Source of the DNA: Spongospora subterranea f. sp. subterranea
Lineage: Eukaryota
Length of the DNA stretch: 64,000 nucleotides
Assembly (NCBI GenBank): GCA_049724395.1
Contig: JAUGWO010000136.1
Span: 186,001-250,000 of the forward strand
Direction of reading: 5' to 3'
Translations under genes and position numbers: made by a program
Shown: one piece after another, positions 1 through 14,503 of the stretch
Layout: the number at the start of each line of letters is the position of its first letter
Position numbering within the stretch: the stretch's first letter is position 1
Notes under the pieces: model-generated
The model's input: the letters and a program-made list of their open reading frames with translations, nothing else
What the model was told of the DNA's origin: nothing
Databases searched by the model: none

Positions 1-2500
1 GCCGGTATCACGACTCCCTTACAAATTGCGGAAGGAATTGCAACATCTCTTGCAAAAGTATTCGTCATTAGATTGGTACTTTTCCGACGAACATTGATTG
101 ATGGACGTATTTAGGCAGTCATTGTTGCAAAAGTCAATGGACAACTATGGGACTTGACTCGCCCTATTGAAGGGTCCTCTACTTTGCAGTTCCTCAAATT
201 CGATGATCCAGAAGGTATACAATCGGGATTTTGGTTTCGCGATGGAGAATGTGAGTGAACGCTTACCATTTGATCAATGTAGGTCAGAAGGTATTTTGGC
301 ATTCTAGTGCCCATATTCTGGGAGAAGCACTAGAATATTGGTATAAGGATGGGAAATTATGCATCGGTCCACCCATTGATTCTGGGGGATTTTACTACGA
401 TATATCGTTACCCGAAGGCCAGGCCATTGTTCCCGCTGATTATAAGTATATTTGAGGTTTTGCATGGTTATTGTTAGCCCTAATGCTGCTTGTTACATAG
501 AAACCTTGAGACCTTTATCAATAACAACGTCATCAAAGAGAAGCAATTGTTCCAGCGAATAGTAATGACAAAGCAAGAGGCTCTCGAAATGTTCAAGTTC
601 AATCGTTTCAAAATCGAAATTATCTCAGAAAAAGTTGCTGACGGCGATACGTAAGTTGAGATTGGGAGCAAGAGAACATTTTGTTCATGATAATGTTGTA
701 CAAGATAGGTGTACGGCTTATCGCTGTGGCCCATTGATTGATTTATGTCGAGGCCCTCATATTCCTCACACTGGTCTTGTAAAGGCGTTCAGAGTCCATA
801 AAAACTCTTCTGCTTATTGGAAGGGCCAACAGGATCAGGATTCTGTATGTTACGAATGAAAGTCTTGATCTATTGTTTATATTTTTCTGTAGCTTCAACG
901 GGTGTACGGTATCTCATTCCAATCTGCCAAAGAGTTGAAGGAATGGGAAACAATTCAGAAGTTAGCTGCTGATCGTGATCACCGGAAGATCGGCAAAGAG
1001 CAGCGCCTTTTCTTTTTCAACGAATTATCCCCTGGATCGTGCTTTTTCTTACCACATGGTGCTCGCATCTACAATACGTTAATGCAGTTCATGCGCGAGC
1101 AATATTGGAAACGAGGATATGAGGAGGTATCTTAATGGTATCGCAACATTATCGGATGGGTTAATGTGTAATTGGTTAGGTTATTACGCCAAACGTTTTA
1201 TAACGTGGATCTGTGGAAAACATCTGGTCATTATCAACATTACAAGGAGCACATGTTTTCGTTTACTTCTGATACTAAGGAGTTCGCCATGAAGCCCATG
1301 AATTGTCCTGGTCATTGTCTCATGTTCGCACACGAGCCCCGTTCGTACAAGGATTTACCGATTCGTTTTGCTGATTTTGGCGTTCTGCACCGCAATGAAT
1401 TTGCTGGTGCCTTATCGGGTAGGAATTTCCTTATCTTTGATGACAGTTTCTGCACCGCCTTACATTGTCTTATTAGGGCTTACTCGTGTTCGTCGTTTCC
1501 AGCAAGACGATGCTCACATTTTTTGCCGTTCTGATCAGATCCAGTCTGAGGTACTAGCTCTTTGAGACCAATATTTTTTCATGGCTGACGGTAGGCGATC
1601 AGGTTGGTTCCGTTTTAGACATGTTAAAGGAATGCTATGGCATTTTCGGCTTCAAGTTCCGCCTTGCTCTGTCAACGCGTCCAGAGAAGGCAATGGGAGA
1701 ACAAGCGCTGTGGGATGAAGCTGAAGCGGCGCTAAAGAATGCGTTGGTGTCGTTCGCCGGAGACGTAAGTCGTATGCATACTGGAATCAGATTTGTAATT
1801 GTTGGCTATCTTTTAGGAATGGGGATACAACCATGGTGACGGTGCATTCTATGGACCGAAAATTGACATTGAGGTTACTGACGCCCTTAAAAGGCAACAT
1901 CAATGTGCCACAATCCAATTGGACTTTCAAATGCCCCTCCATTTCGAGCTTCAGTATGACAATGATACCATTGAGAAGCCCCGACCTGTTATTATCCATC
2001 GTGCTATTTTGGGGTCTGTCGAGCGGTTCATGGCCATTATGATTGAGCATACCGGTGGGGATTGGCCATTCTGGTTATCACCTCGTCAATGTATTGTCAT
2101 TCCATTAGCTGAGGTAAGTTTACTTGCCACTCTGTCTCTCTCAGTTGTTGATGGCGACATCGTAGAAATTTGGCGATTATGCCAGCGAAGTTGGAAGACG
2201 CATCCATGATGCCGGGTTCTTTGTAGATGTGGATCGTTCAAGACTTCAATTCAAGAAAAAGATTGCTTTAGCGGCATCATCATCTTCGAACTCGAATGCC
2301 CCGAGAAGGGTGCATTTGTCACCCGCTATAACTTCATCTTAGTTGTTGGCGCTGAAGAAGTAGAGAACGGTACCGCTGATGTTCGCACACCCAGTAATAA
2401 TACTGGCGCTTATGGTAAAATGGCCATCGAGGACATAATTGCCATGTTCCAGCAATTACGGGACACGTATACCCCCAACAGCGAGCCGATTCGCGAGTGA
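1..2500 (+). CDS. TARS1: Threonyl-tRNA synthetase, cytosolic type (multi-exon, 5' end outside window)
   Basis: Exons give [88 protein letters not shown] and [12 protein letters not shown] at 2498-2500. Two homopolymer frameshifts at ~1197 and ~2300. Confidence 0.97.
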
Positions 2501-2716
2501 ATGTCAATTTATCATCGTGATTATTAAATGACCATATATACTAGTGATCCTATTCCCGTTATCTGCGCTCTTCATCTTCACCTGCACGTTATCATTCGAC
2601 AATAGCCGGTTTCGATATTCCTGATCGTTCCAAGGGTTATCCTGGAATTCACTACGTGATCACTTGTTATGAACTAGTGTTTGGTAATCAAAAGGGCGTA
2701 TTGAACTGCATGATGG

Positions 2717-5700
2717 ATGGAATTAGGTGGTAGTCACACAGCAACCCCCATCGTATTGATCGCCATGCCGTTGGCAGATGATCGTATCCAGGTGTCGCCT
2801 CCGTCCACACCTCACCCTCGTCCGATCGCCAAACCACAGGGTATGATAGTATTCCATCAGCAGGCCTTGGTGGCGGCCCTTGTCCATTCCACCAAATAAC
2901 GCATCGATTGTGGGATATAGAGGCGCTATATACGAAAACAGGCGGTAATAGATCAATACGAAGTGAACCCGAGGTTGTTCATTTCCCGGGATATCGTATC
3001 AACGAGCGCAACGCCAAATCATTCCGAATTCAGAACGTATCTGGAGACCGGCAACGTGTTCACGTCCTGATCCCAGATACGATCGAGTTCGACATTGTGG
3101 TTGACAACAAGGTCGTACTGTCCCCGCTCATGGATCAATATTCCTCTCTGAAAATCAGGATTAGGGGTGGATGGCTCCAGGTCTATCAATCCGCGTCGAA
3201 GTCGTGTTCCGTCCAACGTCATGGCGCTATCACAGTGACCATATCCGGATCCATCATGGCCATGGGGACCTGATCGTTCCGATTCATGCTTATCCTGTGG
3301 TTGACGACATATCATTCCCGAGGCAGATCGATATGGGAATATGCCCATTAGGGTCAATCGTATATAGGTCCATTACATTATCGTCGTCGATACCGATATC
3401 ATTTCAATATCAGCTCAAACCGATCAGGACCTCGTCCGAGTTCCGAATCCATCCATTGCAGGTAAATCAGCAGAGTGTTTAGGGATCAATATATTGCTGA
3501 TAGGGGCTGTTACGATTTAGGGTGAAATTCCTGCTAATGGGTCAACGGAAGTCGTTATCCGATATGAACCTAATCGACAACACACCGATGAAACATCATT
3601 CCAGGTTTCAATTTCGCAATTGTTTTTTCAGCCGTTCGTTTGCTCTGTAATTGGGTCGTCGTCAATACCACCCCCTTCTTCTTGTCGCAATCCATCATCA
3701 TCTCCTCATCATTCTCCACTACCTCAATCCGTCAAGGATCATCCTCGGGCGCCATATCATCCTTCATCGCCACATCCCGAGCGTTCACCTGGTCGGTTTC
3801 TATGGCCCATCGATATTGTCAATGGGCTGAGGTGGCGAACTCGTAGGCAAATTGACGACAACTCCGACTGATGAAGGAGCAGTTCCTGATAATTTATCGA
3901 GAGCGGCGGCTGTTCGGTATATATTATCGCAAAGTCGCATACACGATATGGTGAAGTTGAATCAAACGGGTCACGACGACGATGGTCATAATGAAATGAT
4001 AACAGGTCGGGTAAATCATCCACATCCCAGATTCCCGCCCACATAACTCTGAATGGTCAGAGGACGATGGACGTTCCGGAATGCTCGAAGATAACACCGA
4101 ATTTCCGGGTCATGATGATTCTGTACGATGGGCGTTATTCAATCAAAATTATAGAAAGGCGCGATTGTTTAGTACGAAATTCAAATTGAAGCCATCGTGG
4201 AACAGAATCGGTTCGCGATAATGGTTCCTCTTTCTGGACATTGTCCAGATCAACTGATACGGCTGTTTGGCAGGACAGAAACTATTATCAACAGAACAGA
4301 TCAAGGCGATGAAAGAACAAACTATGGATGATCGTGAAAGGTTAAATATTCCTACTGACGTTGTTGATGGTATTGACATCATGATGGCGCTGAATGGGAA
4401 TATAATTCGTGTGGGGTCAGATACGGTGTTGGTCTCGGGACTGGACAACATGAACCTTGTTCCACCAACGTGGACTCAACATCATTATCCGGATTGGAGT
4501 CAAAGCCATCGAGCGTTAAAGAGGTTGGTGGGATTGTTCACCAAAGTGATAATCAATACCAGGGTCCTCGATCGAATCGAGAAGGTAATCATTTCATACA
4601 TCGACGGATTTACATATCACTGATTGTCGGGTTTTGGTAAAGATTAGATCATATTCGCCAGAATCCACATCCGTAGTTGAACCTGGCTATAGTGATGCGA
4701 TATGGGTTCAGGAGTCGATGATAAGCGATGAAAAACCACAAGAACAAGATGAGGATGATGACGAACCGGTTTATGACCCGGCATTGTTTTGTGTTGAGCC
4801 GATTGACAACCGCCCGGAGATTGAACTGTTCGATATAACCGAGGTGACTCATGGTCATGATGTGAAGGTCGAGGGAGAACGGCGACTGAGAATATGATGA
4901 CGAATAGGCCGAGCACTCAACATTGATGGGGTACCATGAGTATAATCTGGGGCAACTCCCTGATTGTATCCCTCGGCTGGATCCACGAATGAGGATGCGA
5001 TCGGGATCCCAACGCGAGGATTATATCGACGGATGGAGATTACCGGATAACGATCCGATCGAGACAGGGCATGATTGCGTTGACGAGCAGATCAACGATA
5101 GCGGATCATTGGATATAATCCGCTCCAGTATCCCATCACTCTATCCGGTTTACCAGGTTAGTCACTGAACAATTCTCCATCCATTACTTGACAGCGTGTG
5201 CTGATTGTGCATTAGATGAGCGAATACGATCCAGGGTATGTGCTCAGTAAACCTGAGCTCATATTCGATAGATTGCCCGGCCCCGAATCTGATCCCGTTA
5301 TAATTCGAGATCCAATGGCGATATCCGAATACGTTAGTGCCTTCAATTGAATCTGATCGACACTTCTGTGAAACAGCTGATAACGTCATCAATTTACAGA
5401 TGAGTACTAGGTCTGTATTATCAACCCGATCTATCCAATCCCTTTCTGATAAATGGACCAATCATCAACCCAATCTGGACCTGATGAATGAATCAGCGCC
5501 ACCATCGTTGTTGTCGTCATTACCGTCTTCTGATGTATTATCAGATTCCGATGATGACGAAGGCGATAAGGCTAATCCGCCATTGAAAGTAAGGAGTCTA
5601 TATTTAAAGTCAGAATGATCATGGTGTGGTGATTGGTTGTCGCTTCATGGTAGAGGGAGTATCCAGTATTAGCAGATGCTGTAAATCTATTTGGCGGGAT

Positions 5701-5890
5701 ATCATCACCAGGTGCCGGCGAGAAAGGCCCTACACAATACGAGTTGGCACTGCAATCGACAGCGGATGATCTGGATGGGATTAGAGCCAAGAACATGGCG
5801 AGTGGCGAATTGAGAATGAATGAGAGGATGTCGCAGCAAAGGCTATCTCATCAGCTAAGAATACGATTATTGACAGGTTCCAGAACCTAA
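2717..5890 (+). CDS. CFAP221: Cilia- and flagella-associated protein 221 (PCDP1)-like, multi-exon
   Basis: EPEVVHFPGY...RVHVL, APGLSIRVEVVFRPTSWRYHSDHIRIH, LIVPIHAYPV and GEIPANGSTEVVIRYEP match the CFAP221 N-terminal Ig-like region. Last exon ends TAA at 5888-5890. First exon uncertain. Confidence 0.85.
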
Positions 5891-5951
5891 GAGGGGTTTG
5901 TAATGATGAATTTGCAATTGGATCAAAGTGATAAACGGGATAACGTGAAAA

Positions 5952-8900
5952 TCATGATTTTATTATAGCAGAATCCTTATCAACCCTTTCCGGTTTGATC
6001 TTCTTCCCGCATCTCATTCTCTTGGCTTTTGGTGCATCAGTGGCTTGGTCATCATTCATTATTTTATTGGCGAACGATGTCTTCAGATTTGTCAGTGCAG
6101 CATTGGACCATGATGGGGCAATACATATCTCTGGGGATGGTCTGACAACGGCGTCAGGTTGAGAAAACGTCGCTGAAAGAGAGCTCAACTCATGTTGTTG
6201 GTCCTGAGTATCGGTGATCGAGCGACGGAAATTGGATGTTATACCAGCCAAAGTCGATTGGTACAAAGCATCAATAGGAGGCATAATATGCGATGGATAT
6301 TGGAAAAGTTGAGTAATAGGAGGGAGAGCAGCAGCCGGTGCTGACTGTGCCGAAGAAACAGGAGAAGGAGGCGATGATGGGTTGATACCGAAAAGTCGGT
6401 TTAGAGGAACGGCGGATGTGGGAAGGGGAGTTGGTGGAGACGGGGATGGAGACGGGGCATTAGCAGTAGGGTATAGATGAAGGCGATATAAAGCACCGCT
6501 GACAGACCTGGCCACTAGCATGCTGTCATCAATAAACGTCAGAGTAGTCGCCTGCAGAAAGGTAGAAAAACTAGATCAGATTTGATCTCAAGCGCAAAAA
6601 AGGAGTTCTAACCGAGATAGCTTTAGTTAAGACGACATGACCTTTCGCAGGATCCATGACCATAACTGATGAATCAGTACTAACAGCGAATGAAGAGGTT
6701 GCGAAGGCACATAGCGTTATCGACTTGAAGTGTTTAGACCAGACTCTCTATAAAAAAGAATTAGACCTGAAAAGTAAACATCTTGATAATTTTACCTGAG
6801 CTTGAATCATATCCCATGAATGTACATGAGATTTTGACTTGCAAATCACATAATTGCAACAGAACCCAATTGTTTCAATATTTTCAAACTCATGAATGGT
6901 ATGAACCAACTTCATCAGCGCAACATCCCATATCGTAATTATTGATCCTATTGGAGTGACACAGCACATCCATTAAACCGAGCGAGATCATGATAAGCAA
7001 TTGCGTAAAACATACCCGAAAATAGTACGGCTAATGCAGTTCCATCAGCAGAGAACGCAGCGGTTAAAGGCTTGAGGTTTCTGAAACGGCCAGTTGACTT
7101 TATAGACCACGATGAGTTCGATGAGGGATCTGATGTAGCGTCATCAGTTGCACCGGAACATTGCCAAACACAGAGCTCATTGCCGCCTAAGCTCACGCAA
7201 ATGGGTGAAGATGGGTGAAATAGAACGGCCTAATTCAGAAAAATGAGAAAATGAAAAGCCAAACAACATTCACGATGACGTACATGGGTATTGTCGACAT
7301 CAGCAATACGAGCACGAGTGCAATACAAATGATCAACAGGATCCCATTCGAGAAATGATGTCGTATTTGACAAAAGAGATTTGTCACTTCGAAGAGCAAC
7401 TGCCAACCATTGCCCATTATGTGATATATCGAATGATTCAATTTCGCTAACACATGCGCGGTTAATCGACATGGGGTCTGTTTCTGAGAAATACAGAAAA
7501 TCAGATACTTTCCGCAGAGGAACTGTTGATAATTATACCAAATTGCAGAACGCTCCTATCATTGATTGGATCATAGATCTGAATCCGAGTACTACCGGAT
7601 ACAGCAACAGCAATATGACCAGTTTGACGATGATCAGCAACCGTATGATATTTCAGGCTTTGCCTCTGAGACGAAGAGCCGTTCAATAAATGATGAGAGT
7701 CGAGCATAATTAACGAACCTGCTCAGGCTGCTCAAGACCGTGAGCATCAAACGTGATCGGGGCCGATAATACACCCCTGATACTAATAACATGACGGGAC
7801 GAAATTGCTGACACAATACGAATAGCATTATCATCACAGGTTAATGCATAATGATCACCGCGAGTTGAGACGCTAATCCCTGGATGGCGAAAGAACGATC
7901 AACACTAGCCAGACACATTCTTCAGTGACAATATACCGCGAATCTTGCCACCAATACGAGGAAGGAACTGCTTGTGCCCATCGTGCATCTGCCATTGAAC
8001 TAAAACTTGCTCCTAACGCGTATATATATTAACAATGATGACGATGAAGCGCTGTGATGATAATGAGGCGATACCTGTCCGCCCGATAACAGATAGGTAC
8101 CGTCATCAGTGAAACATAGGGACTGGAAGGGATTGGCATGCCAGTGGAGGATGGAGGCCACACACTCTGGACCCGCAGCCCCACTGCCACCCTTCTTCGA
8201 GGATGGACTCTGTCACGCATTGGTCAACGGGGAACAATGGCCAGGGGTCCATGACCTCAACTGACCTTGTTCATGTAGCCATACCAAAGAATAATTCGCC
8301 CTAGGCTGTCGTTGGTACAGACATAGTTTTCGGTCGGGTGAAAGCATGCTTGTCACCATAGGGTGTGTATGCTTATGCGCTAATATTCCCGATTTCGGTG
8401 TCCATATCATCAGCTTCCGTGAGCAGACAGCAGCCATAGTGTTCCCATCGGCTCGCAAGGCGATCGAGGTAATTGGCAACTTGCTGCGATATATAACGGA
8501 TATAGACTGCATAAAATGAATGTCAAATACATGAAAATAAAAGAATGCAAGCATCGCTGACCTTTGTGGTGCGATCCATTCTCACTATGTGATGAAACTT
8601 GTCTGTTGTATTGCTCATAACTGTATAGAAATGGGACGTTGACACTTCCAATTGCAGACATGGATGGTTCATGTTGATAATATCAACAGATGATGCTGTG
8701 CTAATATCCCATATGCGAATAGTACCGTCTGTCGATGACGATATACATTGATCGCCAATAACATGGAATGATGTCACCTAAAATATTAAACCACAGATTT
8801 TAACAAGAGGAAGAGGGTGAAAGCCAACTACGAAAGGAACACGAAAATTTTACATGCACACATTGAAAAATACAGAAACCAGAGTCTTCCAAAAGGGTTA

Positions 8901-9084
8901 TGAGTCTCAATCTTACAGTATCAGTGTGCCCAATGAGCTGTGATAATAAACATCCAGTATTCACAGAATGAATGCGGATAATGGATCCGGCCGCTATTAA
9001 GATGGATTGATCATCTGAAGTAAATCGAGATGGTATACTACTGAATATTGGACCACACGATATCCATTGACATGTCGTGTCCAT
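5952..9084 (-). CDS. WDR75: WD40 protein WDR75/UTP17 (SSU processome), multi-exon
   Basis: N-terminus FTSDDQSILIAAGSIIRIHSVNTG...GHTDTV, SSSTDGTIRIWD, VLVQWQMHDGHKQFLPRIGG, and C-terminal PSHIMPPIDALY. Confidence 0.85.
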
Positions 9085-10723
9085 GAGAGGAAGGGTTGAT
9101 GGTCCACGCTTCACTGTTTCTGGCCAGCCACAACCGACGTTGAGGTCACTCCAAATCGAAAAAGAACTCCGTACGGAATACGAAATCCGTTACGCACTCC
9201 GTCACGCATTGAGCTGATAAGGCTTTTCTGGGGCTGTCAGGAAGTCGACACCGGCAATCATGCTGCAGTTTACTTAGCTTAAGTAGAGCGACGTTCATTA
9301 TGCAGATTTGAACTGACACAGTCTATCGCTATATGACATCAATATCGACTGTTAGAGATGTGACCGCAGACCGGGAATATATATTATGTACTGAGGTTGC
9401 CGCCCTTCTTTGATCACAAAAACGGTTGCCCCTCTGTTAGTTTTATGAAACGCGTTTGTGTATTTTTTTGGGTCGATTATGGGCCGCCCACTTTTTGAGA
9501 AAAATTGGAGAGCTCAAAGTTTGAATTGCCCTGGGATTCTGACCAATCAATTCCGATCGTATTTCCAAGAAAGAATGAGGGTTTAAAAACGCTGCTGATA
9601 TGGTCCAAGTTCGAAAAATATTGACCGTCTCTCCTCTCATAACCAGGATACTGTCTCAAATCCGTCGTGAACGGCGGCGTCAATGTAGGACCTGCGTCAG
9701 TGTTTTTCGTGCGTTTTTTCGGAGCCGAACGACGCGCCAATGCCACTGACCATGAATGTTTAGAATCAGAGAACAATGATTATGGTTGAGACTTGCATTT
9801 TCTGTTAGAAGGTGCGACGAACAATACTTTGGATCGAATGCAGGGATGGGATTGCAATTTGTGAAGGTGTTTTGTAGCAACCGATGTTTTAACGTAACAG
9901 CGAATGAGCTTCGACGTTGAAGAATTGCCTTCGCAGAAATCCTTGTCACACTTATTCCATCTGTAATGGCATATTGATACCAATAACGGCATAGGATCAC
10001 TGGTTCTAACGTACGTTATGTTAACGTTGGGCATTGGATCGGCCTCGACATAGCAGCTGGGGCAGGAGCTTACAAAACAATCAATTATGGATATTCCTGC
10101 TAAATGTGGGTATATATGGATTTTTGTGAATGAATCAAAACTGAATTGCAATTTTTTTTTCAAACCCCCATCAAGCTAAAACAGAATCTTAGTAAGAACG
10201 AAGATCAATCTGGCACTCTGCGTTTACATACTCGTTCAAATAAAATTTGATTGCGACTATAGTAAATTTTCAGAGTCAGCACACCGTTGAATTCTGCTTT
10301 GTGAGTCCATAGTCCAATATCCATTCGATAAAGGGACATATGCGTCGCTCGAAGCCCATGATTGCTATCGCTTTTGGCGCTTTTTACGATCGCTAACAAC
10401 GGTGTGGTCGGATTCTGAGGCTTCGTCATGCAGATTTAGAATTGAGGCCTGCTTTTATAATAATTATATTAACGGCAATCAGCTAACGGCGTTATTGAAG
10501 TACAGTGGAATATGAAATTTTCGCACTACGCTGAACTGCACATGGTGTTCGGGACTGAGGAATAATTTGACTGCTTGCCAACAAATACTAACTGTAGGCT
10601 GTAACGGCATGGCTACCGCCGGCTTTCGGCTTTAGGCCGACTGGGAACAACGTATACTGGCGAATCTCCCCGCCAAGAGGATTACTTGGTGGCCTTCCTA
10701 CGTTCAAGGGCATTGAGCGGGCT

Positions 10724-11290
10724 TCATTGTTCGTCGGTGTTACGCAAGCTTGATACGATAGCGATCGGTGTAGTTAAAGAAACGTTCTTGGAATTCAATA
10801 AACCTAGCCAGATTGAACGCTTGAGTGGCCTTACTGATGGCAGATTATCAAACGGGAAGATCATTTCCTGATCAAACTTATCGTTGGTCATGTTGAGCGA
10901 GGTCTGTAGTTGTTTCCAGTGTGTACTCCAGCTGCTGTTGAACATATAGGTATATTTCATAGCTCCCAGAGTCATCACCTTCGATGACCAGATCGATGCG
11001 GCATAGATTCGTCTGCAACAAACTATCTGGCTTAAGGTGAAATGGCCCAACTGCCTTCAAATACATCAATGAGCGTAGAGTGCAAATGTCTTGATTCCAA
11101 TTGGTCGACACCATTAGCAAAGCAAAGCCAAAATTTCGTCCCTTTCAAAGTCAACCTCTGGTCCTTCAAAACAGCGCCCGGACCATCCTGGTCACAGTAG
11201 AGAACTATCCCCAGCATAAATCGTCGATTCCTGGAAAAACACTGTAGCAACGGACCCTCAAAAGTGTAACTGATGTTTCTACTTGTAGCT
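10724..11290 (-). other. Possible hypothetical gene or pseudogene (three abutting minus-strand ORFs)
   Basis: ORFs 11032-11250, 10878-11120 and 10724-11050 overlap in successive frames. No recognisable domain. Confidence 0.25.
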
Positions 11291-11416
11291 TAGTCAGAAC
11301 GAATTAGTACGAATTGTGATTTTCTTGTTCAACACTTTTGTTTGTTGTCGGAAACGTATTGATGATGTCGAGAAGAGGGAGTATTTAATAGGTTATCAAC
11401 GTACAATAATAGAGCA

Positions 11417-12544
11417 CTATAAATCGAATACAGATTCGATGCCAGAAAGCTTCCTATGCCATTCAAATTGAAGATTCTCCATTTCTCTGCGAGAATTCTC
11501 AATTGCAGAATACGCCAGATTCAAATTCTGGTGGCAGCGATTACAAAAATGATGATATAACGTGATTTTTAGGAACAGTACCGGTGGAAGATCGTGATAA
11601 CTTGCTAATCGTTCCGATAAAGGTTTCAACTCAGACTTCAAGGACGCTAGCTTCCTTTGTAACTTGCAAAGGTTTTCATGCGTGAGAGCAGGATCGAACC
11701 TGATCTGCTTCATCATTTCCTGTATTAGCAAAGAATAAATATAGATAATGAGGCAACATGCTGAAGAACAGCGAACCTTTGAATGATCTAAAACATGTTG
11801 ATACTCGCTCTGTTTGGCGGGTAAATGGAAATCCTTTTCGACGCGCAATGACTGTAAGGTTTCGTTTTGGTTGTGCAAACCCTTTTGAACACCTTCTGAA
11901 AACCTGAAACTGAACCACTTAAGAAACTTTATCATCGGAACAATGCGGACGTACCTTTCCAGACGAGAAAGAAACGGAACTAGCTCTTTCGAGACACGAT
12001 GACGGATTTCTTCATAAAATAGTTCAAGTTGACTGAATTCGTCCTCTGCTCGAAGAATTTGCGTTTGTAAATCGCCAACGGCAGTTATGTACCTATGGCA
12101 ATTGTGACCATCGATGCGAATGGATATCATGATCAATCTCACGAAAGATGTCTGCAGTCTTTGAGAGATAACTGCTCAGCAGTAGTAGACAAGTCATCAA
12201 CATCAGCAGTATCCGAACCATCACAGCTGAATATATCAGCTGGTGAAACTCGGCAATTGTGTAATACCTCGTCAAGGGCATTTGCTAACACAGATTTTAA
12301 ACGACATTTCCATTGAATGATACAGTTCGAACATACAAGTGCTCAAAATCTCTTTAGCTTTCAACTCAATACTATCCTTTAGCAATTCGTTCAACTGCAG
12401 ATGTGTCTTTGCTCTGGTCAAAAATAGCTGTAAATATTCAACTGAGTCATTTCCCAACTCCAGCTGGATTTGTGAGTCTTTTAATGCATCGGAACCCAGA
12501 ACTGATTCGAGATCGGCCTCAATAGACTGAAAAGTTGGAGCCAT
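11417..12544 (-). CDS. HAUS1: HAUS augmin-like complex subunit 1, multi-exon
   Basis: C-terminal FDPALTHENLCKLQRKLASLKSELKPLSERLASYHDLPP-NLNLAYSAIENSRREM matches the HAUS1 signature. Coiled-coil protein. ATG at 12544. Confidence 0.8.
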
Positions 12545-12694
12545 AACAATCATCGGTGTATATATACAATCCCCGTTGTCGTTTCGGGGCGGACCCGCAC
12601 GAAGAGCACAATGTTGCTCAATTTTGGATACAGTATACAAGGGTGGGCCGGAGGGCGGACCGCACGAAAATAATGTTGGACCATTATACATATA

Positions 12695-14503
12695 TTAAGA
12701 GAGTTTATATACAAAGGTATCGGAAAGATATCCTACATCCGACACGAACCATTGAAGTTGATGAATCTCGTCACTTGAAAACTGAAGAACCTTTTCGAGT
12801 TCGCCGAACGTTACAATGCTTGTCCCAATGCAAATCAACATATTAGAGGGGATCGTGACAGTGGGGTCGATGGCGATCCTTTCGTCGTCTTCTCGTCGAT
12901 CATCGGCATTATTCAGTTTGATCGCGGTATTCATATCCGTCCACGTATTTTCGTAAAACAGCTCCGCTGGCTAACAAAATTAGCAAAATTCATACGTGTT
13001 GAAGTCATTGAGCCACACTACCTGAAACTGTTTTTTGTAAGCCATTTTTGAAGAAGAATCCACGTAGATTCCTACGAAAGAAAATGTGAAAAGTCTCTTG
13101 ACCATGGTACTAAAAACACGGACCCATGTAGTAGTAATGACATCCAGGATACAATAAACTCAATCCCTGAGTAAGGTTGATTTCGTCAAGGACGGAAACA
13201 ACGCCCAGCGTTAAGGACTTCCAGTTTTGATCCCAAACAAAGTATTGGGAACTAAACCCACTAGGAAGGACGTCAACCAAACTCATCCCAATCAATTGGT
13301 TATTGATTTTAGACCGATAACATCGGTGAAACGACCCAAATCCGGGTTCAGAACTCTAAATTGCATATCAGAAATGTTATGCTTTACATGAACAGAGTAA
13401 AAATTACGATTATAGGAGATGATACTAGGTTGTCATTGAATCGTTTGCGAGAAAGCCCGTCAATAGGATCACGATGCGTCCCGACTTGATATTGAAGGTA
13501 TAGCTGGTACTTTTCTTCAGTAAATGTACAAGCTTCGAGAGTGGAATTGAAGCAGGCATCAATGGCATCGCTGACATCAAGAGCCTCAGTGAATCGCTTG
13601 CATCCTGAGATATATTCCCCTTTCTTGTGGTATATCACGCCTTCCGTAATAGAGAACGTTTTGAAATTCTCAGAAAAATCAGAAGCTTTTGTTGACTCGT
13701 GCCATGCTTGAAGAGCGGAAAATTTGATACATCCAGGTGAATATGATTCAGATGCTCTTCCATCATCAGATGCAATATTTTCTAGAACCTTAACTACATT
13801 AGCGACTCCACAGTCGCAGTAGCAACTTATGTTCTCGGAAACCATTGTTGACCCGTAAATTGTTCCAGAGGAATCTTTACCAACTACTTGGCATCCGCAT
13901 TCATATAAAAGATGAAAGACCAGATGCGTCAAGGGTTCAGGCGTCAATATGTCATCAGGGTACACGATCTCCATTATTTTGCCGACAATTTCAGTGCGGT
14001 AAGTTCCGTTTTCATAGCGGAAAAACCATGAAGGATAAGGATGAGAAATCTCCTTTGTCAACAGACCGAAATTCTTCAAAATACGCGAAAACGCACTGCC
14101 TATCTGACAAACGCTGGGTTGTGCATGAACTTTTCTGAGCAGCGATCTTGACTTGCGATTAAAAGAGAAATTGGAAACATTGACGCGCATAGATATTTGA
14201 GGACAACAGCGGGTGGTTTTGCGATCTGGTAAATAGACCAATGCGCCAGAGCGGCACCATCCACGATCAAGCAGTAGGCCAAAATCTCTAGCATTGAGCG
14301 ATATAGCACGAAAGCACAATAACTTGACAGATTTGACACGACAATACGGGCATTCGTAGGGTTGCATTGTTATATCTGTCACCACAGAGAGATACTCAAA
14401 ATCGGATGATTTCTCAGGTGAAACGACTCTATAAAATGAAATCAGATTTTTTTCTAGATCCGTGTCGATGAAAAAACCCGTACTTTACTGACGCCTTCGG
14501 CAT
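12695..14503 (-). CDS. ATE1: Arginyl-tRNA--protein transferase, multi-exon
   Basis: CPYC...LLDRGWCRSGALVYLPD...CCPQ (N-domain) and EKYQLYLQYQVGTH, VDVLPSGFSSQYFVWD, LGVVSVLDEI, YYYMG (C-domain). Both ends approximate. Confidence 0.9.

Noticed and set aside
2841..2860. 20-nt micro-intron in CFAP221 (and a 19-nt one at 60581-60599)
   Set aside because: A normal 65-nt intron (2727-2791) also restores the CFAP221 frame, and homopolymer indels are common in this assembly. Unsupported without RNA-seq.
9443..10429. Short minus-strand ORFs between WDR75 and HAUS1
   Set aside because: No recognisable motif or consistent exon structure.
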